Below are positions 42,280 to 53,641 of a stretch of DNA of 64,000 nt, piece after piece. Numbering within the stretch: the first letter of the stretch is position 1; each line of letters begins with the position of its first letter. The notes under the pieces are model-generated. The model did not search any database, had not been told where the DNA came from, and saw only the letters and a program-made list of their open reading frames with translations. Source of the DNA: the human T2T-CHM13v2.0 reference genome, Homo sapiens; the NCBI RefSeq assembly GCF_009914755.1, contig NC_060930.1, one strand, 5' to 3'. The translations under genes were made by a program, and so were the position numbers.

Positions 42280-43660
42280 TTATTTTTTATTAAAAGTGTT
42301 TTATATTTTCTTCAAGATATAAATAATACAGCAAATATACAATTGCCCACCACTCAGCTTAAAGTAAAAAAAGAAGTTATCAATAAAGCCAAAGCTATTT
42401 ATAGATTATATGTGAAGAAACTTTATTTTCCCATTCTGCCATGTATACTTTTAACTTTCTTTTTATTATCTGCTAATGTCCTATTTATCAATAATTCCTT
42501 TATAAATCATACTTTTCAAGTCTTGCTTAAGATCTACTTCCCTACTTTGGTCATAAACATATATACATTTTTAAAAAAATTATGCATAGTTATCCAAATC
42601 TCTTATAATTAATTTTTGGTTTTATTAACTATATGAATCTGATTATTTTTTCCTCATGGAAAACTGACTCAATTTTATTCATTAATCAATGCTAGATCTT
42701 TCATACTTAATATTTCTACCTATGCATGTTATCTGTTTCACAGATTTTATTTTTACAATTATTTGCTTAATATCTTTAAAATTACTTGGTTAATACCATT
42801 ATAGCTACAGCAGTATCTATTTGACTATTCTTTCTTGGCATATCCCCTTTTTTTCATTTTTAACATTTCTATATCCTTACATTGGAGTTCCTCTCCTAAA
42901 TGGCAATAGCGAGATTTTGAGCTACGTTTTTAGTATTTTGCTTGATGTCCGGTATGACATCATCTTTTAACCAGCAAGTTACATAATTTAGTTCAAATGG
43001 CATTACTTACACAGTTGAAATTATTTCTCATGTCTCTTCAGAAAGCTCTTTACTCATGGTAGATTCACTCTTTATTAGCCTACAATACTTTCTAACACAT
43101 TATTTAAAAGTTTATTTTTTAACATTTTTATAGAATTTATTACAGAAAAAGTAAAAGTATTTTTAAACTTCTCACTACAAAATTCTCAAATGTATACAAA
43201 TGTATAGTGAAAAATTTATTTAATCCTCATCTACCCGTCATCAAACATCAGTTACTAACAATTTGTTAATCCTTCCTGCCCTCACCACCAGTAATTTTTA
43301 TCTGCTTTTTGTATATTTTGCTGGAAGTTTATTTAAAAATCCAAGAAATTATATAATTTTGTCCATAAATAGTCTATTATACAACTCTACTGAAAGACTT
43401 TTCATTTTTTCGTAACCATATTGTCATTTTAATACTTAACAAAAATTTGCAATACTTAATGACACTGTGATCTCAAGATACTTTTTACAATTGCTTTGTT
43501 TGAGTGAAGGGGCAAACAAAGTCCATATATTGGATTTGATCCTCATATTACTTTTTTATCTTTCTCTTCCTTTTTATAATGTTGATTTGTCAGAGGAATC
43601 AAGTCATATTTCTTACAGAAAGTCCCTTGACTTGACTGCCTCCTGTGGAACCCTCTCACT
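42280..43660 (-). mobile_element. Fragments of L1ME/MC 3' ends
   Basis: 'tgcccaccactcagcttaaa', 'aattctcaaatgtatacaaa...cctcatctacccgtcatcaaacatcag'. Confidence 0.5.
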
Positions 43661-43790
43661 TTAGTATCTAAACTTTTTCATTTTGTGTTTATTTTCTACT
43701 CAATCTTAATTCTACTGCCAGGATTTTTTTTAATGGAGGCTTTCTGTCAATTTGTTAGGAAGATGTTTGAGGTAATTAAAGCTGTTAGAG

Positions 43791-43975
43791 CAGCATTGTC
43801 CAATAGGAATATCTGAGTCATATTAACAGTCTTAAATTTTCTACTAACCATATTACAAAAACTAAAAAAAAGTGAAATTAATTTTAACAATATATTTCAT
43901 GTCATCCCCCATATCATAAGTAATGTCATTTTAGTTTGTAATCAAATTAAAAACTGTTGGGATATATTCCATTAT
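43791..43975 (+). mobile_element. MER33 (hAT-Charlie) left part
   Basis: 'cagcattgtccaataggaatat...aaattttctactaaccatatt...gtgaaattaattttaacaatatattt'. Confidence 0.8.
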
Positions 43976-43989
43976 TTATGAGGTGTTCC

Positions 43990-44185
43990 AGAGAAATAAG
44001 CCTCTTTTTTTTTCCCAGCCCTACAATCCATAGCTCTTTCCTGCAGTTAGTCTGTTTCCTCACTATTTCCTTTTTGTTCCATTGGGTTTTCCAATACCCA
44101 TGTAACCAGTTATCTGTATTAAAGTGCTTTTGTGTAAAATACGTAAAGTAGTTTCTGGTTTCCTTAATGGACCTTGACTGGTATT
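43990..44185 (+). mobile_element. 3' part of an old ERV-L-class LTR (LTR33/LTR41-like)
   Basis: 'attaaa...aaaatacgtaaagtagtttctggtttccttaatggaccttgactggtat' resembles these LTR 3' ends. Confidence 0.5.
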
Positions 44186-44231
44186 CTTCTATCTGTCTTT
44201 GGAGGCTGATTTGTAGAATTTGTAGAATATG

Positions 44232-44362
44232 TAGAATTGCCAGGTAAAATACAGGATGCAATAACTGGTATATTCTTATACAAGAAAAATATCCATTGTT
44301 TATTTGAAATTGAAATTGAACTGGGTGCTGTACATTTTTATTTGCTACATTTGGCAACCCTA
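44232..44362. mobile_element. MER53 MITE, internally deleted
   Basis: TIRs 'tagaattgccaggtaaaatacaggatgc' and 'atttggcaacccta'. Confidence 0.8.
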
Positions 44363-44770
44363 TAATTATCTTCGCGGTCACCTGATGTTTTGATTATGGC
44401 AGAGAGATGGATTTGCTGTTGAGAAGAAGGCACTATTGCATGTCTTCTGTGTGACTATGCTCACCTATTTTATCAGGTAAGTAGCCACCTGCGGCACTGT
44501 CCTTCCTATCCAGTTCTAGTCCCAGCACTTACTGCCTTAGTCTGGCAGCAAGTGCAGATGCTGCTGCAAAACAGCACACTTAGTGTTTGGAGAATGCCCT
44601 GTTGGAATTTATCCAATGAAATCATTAATGATAAATGACAGTTTTAAAATAATCCATTTAAGTTTCTCCTGACTAATTTTTTCTTTGAAGATTTATGGTT
44701 TTCTCTTCTATTGACTTGAGCTGAATTTGTACATCTGTTTATTGGATATTTCATATGTGACTACATTAAG

Positions 44771-44859
44771 ACCAGCATGGCACATGTATACATATGTAAC
44801 TAACCTGCACAATGTGCACATGTACCCTAAAACTTAAAGTATAATAAAAAAAAAAAAAA
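44771..44859 (+). mobile_element. Extremely 5'-truncated young L1 (L1PA2-like) 3' stub with poly(A)
   Basis: 'accagcatggcacatgtatacatatgtaactaacctgcacaatgtgcacatgtaccctaaaacttaaagtataataaaa' matches the young L1PA terminus; lacks the L1Hs-Ta 'ttagag' diagnostic. Confidence 0.95.
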
Positions 44860-45821
44860 CATTAAAAAAAAAAAAAAGACATTTCATGTACTAATCTCTA
44901 AATAAATTAGGCCAGATATGCATGTTTTCTTATCCCAGAACACTGTAGAAGAAAAGTACTTATTTTTTACATTTTTTAATATGAGAAACAAATGAAAGTA
45001 AACATGCAGCTTGTGATTAATCATGAGACCGTCAATGTAATCAGTTATGCAAGAAATTATTGAACTTCATGTGCAAGACCTAGTATATACAATGGCACAT
45101 CTACTCAGAATCAGGAACCAGATTTATTAGACAATTAGGTATTTCCTATCAGTTCCCATTTTCTTGTCTCTCTTATAATTTCAAATTTCAACAGATATTA
45201 TATATAGTATGCAAAACTTATTAAAATCTTTTTCTTATTCAAGAAACTAAACTTACTTGGAGAAAATTTAAACCAAATACCTGGTTTTGCTAAAACAAGC
45301 TTATACTTTATTATATTTTTCTCTCTTTAAATTTGTTTTTCACATGTCACAAGATATGACAATAGTCAGGATAATTTGACAATAAAAGTTGAAGACATAG
45401 TTACCGTTGATTACAATACAGGGAACAAAAGACAGAAAATACCTTTGTAAATGTGAGATCAAATTCTGTAATAATAGTTGTACATGAATAAATGAAAACA
45501 CTTTAACTCAAGAGTCTGGTGTTTGTTAACTTAATTCTTCAAACTGTAGCTTAAAAAATCCAGATAAATAATTTACCCACTGTCTTTACTACTGAAAAGT
45601 ACATGTAAGTAATGATCGTAAAAAAAGAATGCTAAATAATGAGTATTAATTATACTTTTGTTGGGTTTCAGCACCAAATCTATTACAGATAGAGCATACT
45701 GTATTTTATTTCCAGTGATGTCTAGCAAATAAATTTATTATTTTTCTTGTTTACAGGATTATGCATGACTAAGACCATTGTATAAAATATAGAAATAACC
45801 AAGGATGATAAATAACTTAGA

Positions 45822-46229
45822 TATCTTTAGAGTTTGGGTCCCCAGGAAGCAGAATCTGTAGTGGAGACTCGCTTGCAGGGTCAAAACCTAAGGAAGCGAA
45901 AGGAAGAGGGAAAAGAAAGAATAAATTGGCAAGGGGAAAAGTTGGGTTGCATTTCAGTCTCAACAAAAGCATCTGATCCCACATGAACCACTGAGTCTGG
46001 GACAACTCTTTAGAAGCATTTACTCTGTGGTGATGGGTCTGGGCCTATATACTCTTGCATCCACCAGTCATTGGATATATTTGAAAGGACAAAATGAGTG
46101 ACATGATTTCCTTCAGCTAAGAGCAATTTCCAAAGATGGCTAACAACTGGCAGCATTTCCCACAGCAGGGGAAATACATTTTTCAGTCTTGATGGGAGCT
46201 CTGAGCTGAAAATCACAGCATCCACTACA
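45822..46229 (-). mobile_element. LTR16A-like solo LTR
   Basis: 'tgggtccccaggaagcagaatctg'...'gcatccaccagtcattggat'...'cacagcatccactaca'. Confidence 0.82.
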
Positions 46230-48784
46230 ATATTGTAAAGGCCTTATTTGAAAAACCAACAAACATTGTGGTTACCACTTGAAAAGAGGAGGATGATCAA
46301 ATGAAGTGAGTGACAGAAATAGGAAATTTGAAATTACAGCATCTAGCTTAAGGAAGGAGATAGAGAAAAACACGAGAAAAATGTTATGCTTCTGAAAAAC
46401 CTAATGTATTCTGTTGCATTCTGGTTGAGATTGTCTAGAGTCAGAAAGCATGACTAAAGTTGTATAACCATATTCATGAAGTAAGTTATTGAAATTATTA
46501 ATTAGTACATTTAGTAAAAGTTAAGAAACTTTAAGTAAAATTATTTTGCCGCTGTGATCTGTAGCTTCTGGATTATAAGCCAGCGAGAATGCTGAAGATA
46601 TATAGGAATAAGAATATTCATACATGAAGTCATTGATAGAATCTATTAGGTTTAGACATTTCTCTGTGTATCTAGTCTTTCTGAACATATTGAAGATGAT
46701 TATACAGGGGTTTTATCTTTGAAAAATTCAAACACACACCTAAACTTAAGGTTTGTGTCCACGGTAGCCCTCTATGTGGGCATTGCTATTTTCTTTGCAA
46801 ACACAAAAAATATATAAAGCATCATATTTAACTACATTATACTGTAGACCTATTTACGATTGTCCTTGTTTGGGGAAGAAAACACAAATCATGTGGCCTA
46901 AAATTAGCATACATTTTCCTGAATCTCAATAGCGAACTATCATGCTATTTTATATGTCAACCCTTCTTACAATAATAACTTTTTGAAAAACCAAATGCTC
47001 AATTGCTGAATTGGGTACAAGCAATGATGAAGCTAATAGATTTAAAATGAAATTATAGTCATATACAACTGCCCGTTAAATTAACATAATATCCATTTAG
47101 AAACATCTTATAGCTTACCTCTCGCAATCATCTCATTTATCATAACTACAAGTTAATTGAAGAACCAGTACTAGAATGTAGGTTTCCTGACATATATAAG
47201 CAATGTGGAATAAAGGTTTAATAAACATTTTAAAAGATGTATTTCTCAGACATATGCTATAATGTCATTTCCATTAAGCAATATGGAATATACTAATGTA
47301 GAGCAATTTTCTTATCTTATACATGAATCATATCATCTACAATTTTAACAGATAGGTAATTTATTATTGATCAGGATAAAATACAAATTTATTTGCATAT
47401 TTTGAAACATATACATTTAGAAACGTTTTATAAAATAATGTATTTTACTACCAAATGTATATTCTCTATAATTAATATATGTTCCCAATCAGTTAATTTG
47501 CCTGAACTACTAATGCACCAACATTACAAACACAGTACTTTTCCAAGTTCTGTTTTTAAGCTATTCTTTAGAAACAATTTGAAGATCAGTCAGGAGTGGA
47601 AACAATTGATGGATGCTAAATACTGTCTTTGGAAAGAGAGATATATACTATAGCAACCACATAGAGATACGAGCTAAATAAAAAGGAAGTTCTCACAGTT
47701 TTATGCTGGGCTATCATCCAACAAGATGGGAATTGTGATATCCCTTTTGTTGATATTCCTCCTTAGTTTCTGAGCACATTTGTTTTGTTCTTTCATGATA
47801 ATGGTTATGGATAGCATTAGGACAACAGAACCTACTATGTTAACTCCTTCCAATTTGCACATTTAAAGTATTTGTGACATTGCAATTGGTTTCCAGAAAA
47901 ATCAAAAGAAAGAATTTAAAGATATATATGAAATCTCCAAATTTTTTTTTTTTGCTTTTGGAACATATACAAATAAATATCTCATTTTTTACAAACTAGC
48001 ACACAATATAATAAATCTACCAAACTGTTTGTTTCTTAACTGTCTTAATAAAACACTACATAAATGCAGTGCTTTCTGACAAAGACCAAATACATGTATA
48101 GATAATAAAAAGACAGAATAAGGAAAAAAAAAACAGAATAAGGGCCGTCATTCTTTCATGAATAAATTTTAAAATGTCTTTATTTTTATATTATTTATAG
48201 TATGCAAATAATGTGAATATATTTATCTAGGTTTGAATACAATATATTTACTTTTCTTAAAGAGCATCAATGTAAAAGGGAATAAGCATTAAATGCAAGT
48301 TACTAGATGTACAGTGTGATCCTTACTTTTGGTTTTAAAGGAAATACTGAACTTCTAAATTATGGAATAAATTTTGTCCATTATCCTTTAATACTGAAGA
48401 ATAAGTTAATGTATCTTTCCTGGGTTTATTTACAGAAGCTCTCTAATGTCTATTTATAAATTTACTTTCCTAAGACTTAAGCTTGCCAGTTTGGTTTCTC
48501 TCACTTTTTAGCTCTTGTGCAAGGTTATTTAGTAAGTACATTTTCCCCTTTCCATTAGTACCTGATTCCAAACACTAGAGTATTTTTAGTTGTTGTGTGA
48601 GACTGAGACAAAATTAATTTCTCTGTAATTTTAGGTTCTGAGTTTGTAAATAAGCTCTTATTTTCAAAGACCTATAGGGGTCCATCCTATGAAAATAAAG
48701 AAGTAAAAATTTAAATACATAAATGTATAAATAAGAACAGAGAGAAGAAGCCCTGATTGAGCTATGTTTAAGGAAGCACCACAG

Positions 48785-48998
48785 CAGAGCTCTGAGTTAG
48801 ACACATAGGATCTACTGACTACCACTTACAGTCCTGGAAAACTGGGGCAGCACACTTAATTGATTAGTTCTTTAATTTCCTTGTATATACAATTTATTGT
48901 TGAAAGGAGGTGCTATAAAATAATGAACAATTCTAATTAAAATACCTAGCACTGTGTTTGACAAATGTAGGCTCTTGAAAATATTTGTTACTATTATT
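48785..48998 (+). mobile_element. MIR
   Basis: 'gctctgagttagacac...accacttac...aaatacctagcactgtgtttgacaaatgtaggctcttgaaaatatttgttactattatt'. Confidence 0.7.
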
Positions 48999-50858
48999 GT
49001 TTTGTTATTGCTACCATTTTGACAGCTTTGTTAAAATATTTCTGACAATTGCCAGACTTTATTTGACTTATCTTACACAAAAGTAAATAATCAGAAAAAT
49101 CTTTTGAAGGCATATCTTGAAAGAAGATGCAATAAACTAATGCAGTCTATTTTTGACAAAATATATTTTGTACTTGAAAAAAAGAGAAAATGAAGGTATT
49201 CCAATTACTGAGTTCATTGTTCCTCTGATACTTCAAAAAATGCTTTATAAAGTATTAGCTGGTAATTTTTTAAAATAAAACTTCTAATCTTTAGTCCTTT
49301 TCAATCCCCATTATAGATTGTTAAGAAGATTGCCTGAAGCCAAGAGACTTAAAAATCTATATTAAATCTAGAAATATTAAATATATAATATCTATATTAA
49401 TGCAAAAATTCCTACAGCAAAAAGCAAAGTGATTATAAAAATTAGCTGGAAACATTATTTAGACAGTTTTCCTAGGTTATCAGTGGGCACAAACATATGC
49501 TGATTTTCCAAGAATGTTTCTAGATATGAGTCTGTCATCCTCTTTTAGTAACCTGCTTGGAGGGAAGTTCAGAAAGCACAACTGAAAGGCTAGAATGTAG
49601 TCACAACTCAGAAAAAAACCCCTGGCTCTTGTGCTTCCTGTTTGATTCTGTAAACCCAAGAAGGGACTTAAAAAAAATAATGACTTATGGGATCGCATTG
49701 CAAGCAAATAAATTAAATAAAATTCACATTTCTTTTTGATTAAGTGCAAGCCTTGTTCCTTTCCTGGCACCTCCCCCAAACAGAAAAGCCCAGAGAAACT
49801 TTGTCTGAATTAAACCCAATAAAAGCAGAATCCTAATACCAATATATCTGAGGTTGAATTGCTAGGTTCCTTGTTTTTTCTTGAGATGACTTATATATCA
49901 TCAGAGGTTTAGATCCTTGACCAGAATACCCCTGGCAAAATGTGAGAGGCAATAACAATTTACATGGTGAGATAACACAAGGAAGCTTATTTTAATCACC
50001 AGCAAGTACAGCCAGCCATTCTTTGAGTAATAAGTATCTCTCTCTCAAGATTTAACATGGAGAGTAAAATCTAATTACATTTTCATCCTTAACTATATTT
50101 CTATTTCCTATCTACACTAAAGAGTGCTGCTTTCGGCTCTCTAAATTTTGGTCACATTGGTTTCAAACACTATAGATTTTTCTCTGCAATATTCACTCAT
50201 AATCTTTCATTCTATTTGAAGTTAAATTTAGATTCCATAAACATTATAGTATGCATTTTATTCTTCAAAGCACCTGTGTGCCCACATATGCAGGTAAGTG
50301 TATCCATGTGTTGTTCCATTTGTGTGTGGATCTTCGTGTTCTCTGTAGGAATGTCTGTTTAATTCATAATTAAAGAATAATACATATGCTACATATGCGC
50401 ATAGCTCAGATAAAACAACAGGGAAGGAGAAGAAGATGGTACATTGATTAATGGTCTAAAAGTCTAAAGCTTGGCAGCATCACTGACAGAAATAAAAATG
50501 TGGCAGAGGCGGTTTTAAAAGAGGCCTAGGTGTCTAACACTGTGATTACTAAGACTGAATTGACTAGAATATTGCCAAGTGAAGGATGTTTCCCCTTAGT
50601 TTCCCTTATGTCCATGTTATATTAACTTACTATTCTTTTTTTAAATGTATCCACACAACTTAGGTTCTATACTCAGAAACTAGATAGCTGCTATTTAATA
50701 TCCAACCACCATTTGATTGGATCACTTCTATAGGTTATCAAAACAATGTTATTATTCTTTTGCAATGTAGTAAACATTTGGCTGCTAAAATTATTAGGGT
50801 TTTAAAGTTATTAAAAAGCCAGCGCTCCTCTTCTGTAACTTATATTGAAGTTTAAAGT

Positions 50859-50955
50859 CCACTATGGCACATATGTACCTATGTAACAAACCTGCATGTT
50901 CTGCACAAGTATCCCAGAACTTAAAGTATAATTAAAATAAATAAATAAATAAATA
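50859..50955 (+). mobile_element. 5'-truncated L1PA7/8-like 3' stub with (TAAA)n tail
   Basis: 'atggcacatatgtacctatgtaacaaacctgcatgttctgcacaagtatcccagaacttaaagtataa'; imperfect TSD gaagt(g)tttaaa. Confidence 0.9.
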
Positions 50956-53338
50956 GAAGTGTTTAAAAGACTATGACACTCTCCCTTCCTATTTCTTTAA
51001 GCCTAGTTTTCCATTTCATTGATAAGTTTTCAGCATTTCATCCCCCAATCCCCTAACAGTTTGCAATGGCACTAACAAAAGTTTGAATTTAAGAGTAATT
51101 TTATTGCTTACAAATGTAGATCATTTTCTCATCTAAAGACATGTAAAAGCCCCGGGGTCAGGAATCACAAATTAAGAAAGAAAATAAAATACTTAGGGCA
51201 AACTATTAATATATAAGTTAGACAGAAAAATTATATAAGTAACAAGTCAGGAAAAGGATTTGCTTTTCTCTTGAAGTTCAGGAAAACAAACCCAAATATG
51301 TGTCAGCCAAAATAAAAAATAAATGAGAGCTGAGGGAGAGTTTTCAAAACCAGAATGATCAGTTTAAAGTACAGTATATTGACATAGGCCTGTTACACAA
51401 AATCAATTAATATTATCATTATTATTGTTGTCATTATTTTGCCCACAATTAAGCCTACCAATCATATAATAAGTGACATTATGGTGTGGTTCTTTTAATT
51501 CAATCATTTACACAGATCTCTACCATAAGAATGTCAAACTGATTAAACCCAAACCAGAGCAAACCAGTATTTTCAGCTGCAGATAATGTAGAAAAATCAA
51601 AGACATGTACCAATGTAATGATTACATTCTGATTCTAATATATTTAAGCTGACTTCAGCCAATATTGAATTTTTACATGTACAAGCTACATTAGTGATTT
51701 AAGTTCTACCCTACAATTCTATTTTTATGTTGAGGTTTTAGTAATGACTTAAAGCAAATGTCCAGAATAAACTGACATTTAAACCTTGTTTGGCTGGTTT
51801 GAGTTACCTTTGTAACCCTAAGAAAAGCTGTCAGTGTTTGAACAAGAGTTCAAGCATTAAGGAGGAAATATCTGAATTAGAGCTTAGATGTGAAGAAAGA
51901 AATGAGCTTAAAGAAAGTCTCTATTGCTTCTTGTTACTTTAATCTCTATATAAAAGCTAACATCTTAAAAGTAAATCTATGGAGAATTATCTTGCAAAAC
52001 ATGTTTATTTATGTAAATTGGAAAAATGAGTGAACTATTTGCAGGTTTCATGAGAAGTAAATATGTCTCTAGGCATAAAAAACATTAACATCTTTACTGT
52101 TTTTTAAATAATATCTGTCAATCAAAAAGTTATGAATTAAAAAAGAAGAAGAAAAAGCCTGCAATGCCAAACAGATTAGACACAGTGGGCTAAGAAAAGG
52201 AAGATGGATAGAATTGTTCACGGGGCAGATACTCTTCCCCTTTCTCACTAAGAATAAGCAGAGCTGCATTTGTGGAAACTTAACTAAGCAGAAACCTGCA
52301 GTGTCTGCTCAGTGCTGCTGACCTGCCAGCTGGAAAGAGCACTGAGTTTAAAGGGTTTAAGCTCTCAAAGAAGCCAAGACTTGGCTGATCATCTTGGGCT
52401 CAGCATATTGTGAGGCATATGAACACTCTCTTCAAAACTGGCAGAGAAAAAGGAAGGAAAATTGAAAATCTAAACACAGTAGCCAGTTAAAATTCAGACA
52501 ATTGTAAGGGTTATGTTTTCTGTGAAGCACTTGGTTATACCCAACACTGATAAATAAGGAAAATAAATGGATTTTCTTTCTGAAGGGAAGAAGAGCAGTA
52601 TTCCTTTCAATTACTGCTACTTTTAAGTGTACTAAATTAAAAAATGCAATTCGTATCATTTTCCATTTGTTTCATTTTCCGAAATGTGATCTAGTTCTTT
52701 TTATCTATCCCTAGAAATTTATTTATATTATTTATTAACATGTTTTATTATTAATTTTAACAAAAATAAGTAAGCTTAAATACATTTTAATAGGATATTC
52801 ACTATTATAATGAATAAACTTCAAAGACATGGTTTTCAAAAGGAATATGTGGAATAGCCCAAAAGTTACAATGGCATATTCATTATTCTTACATTTTTAA
52901 AAGAAAAAAAAATTGGCTTAGCTCCAGTAGAGTTAAAAACGATATTAACTTCTATTCTACTTTTTGTTTTTAACATTTCTGTTTGTGCTATGTATGCCAT
53001 ATAAAGATAACACAACACCCCTCACTCCTGGGAATGTAAAAACATGTTGCCAACAACATTCTAAACTGACATACTTCTGATTTATTGCATCAATACAGAA
53101 AATATTACTAAAGATAGTCAAAGTTCACCACTCCTGGGCACATCGCAGGCCATGGGCCTGAAGAGCGGATGCTGCCCACACATCTGCAATCAGCATTTTT
53201 ACTGATGTCACTTGAAATTGCTGAGCTAGAGGTTGAGACTGAATACTTATCAGTTATATTACTGACAAGTATTTGAGTTGTATATTTAGTGGAAGTTGTA
53301 ATAAATAGTTCTTTGCATTATATTTCAATTCACATTTC

Positions 53339-53641
53339 TTTTTTTTTTTTTTTTTTTTTTTTTTTTGAGACAGAGACTTGCTCTGTCCCCAGGCTAAGTG
53401 CAGTGGCATGATCTCGGCTCACTGCAATCTGCACTTCCTAAGTTCAAGCGATTCTCTTGCCTCAGTCTCCCGAGTAGCTGGGACTACAGGTGGGCACCAT
53501 GCCCAGCTAATTTTTATATTTTTAGTAGAGACGGGGTTTCATCATGTTGGCCAGAATGGTCTTGATCTCTTGACCTCATGATCTTCCCGCCTCAGCCTCC
53601 CAAAGTGCTGGGATTACAGGTGTGAGTCACTGTGCCGGGCC
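53339..53641 (-). mobile_element. AluSc-like
   Basis: 'ttggccagaatggtcttgatctcttgacctcatgat'; 15-bp TSD tcaatt(ca/tg)catttct. Confidence 0.95.

Noticed and set aside
43947-44381. Longest ORF (144 aa, minus strand)
   Set aside because: It crosses MER53, an LTR remnant and MER33, has a non-ATG start, and shows no domain-like features.
48113-48143. Short direct repeat acagaataagg, and similar micro-duplications at ~1905, ~9545, ~20740 and ~44212
   Set aside because: Common replication-slippage products under 15 bp with no further structure.
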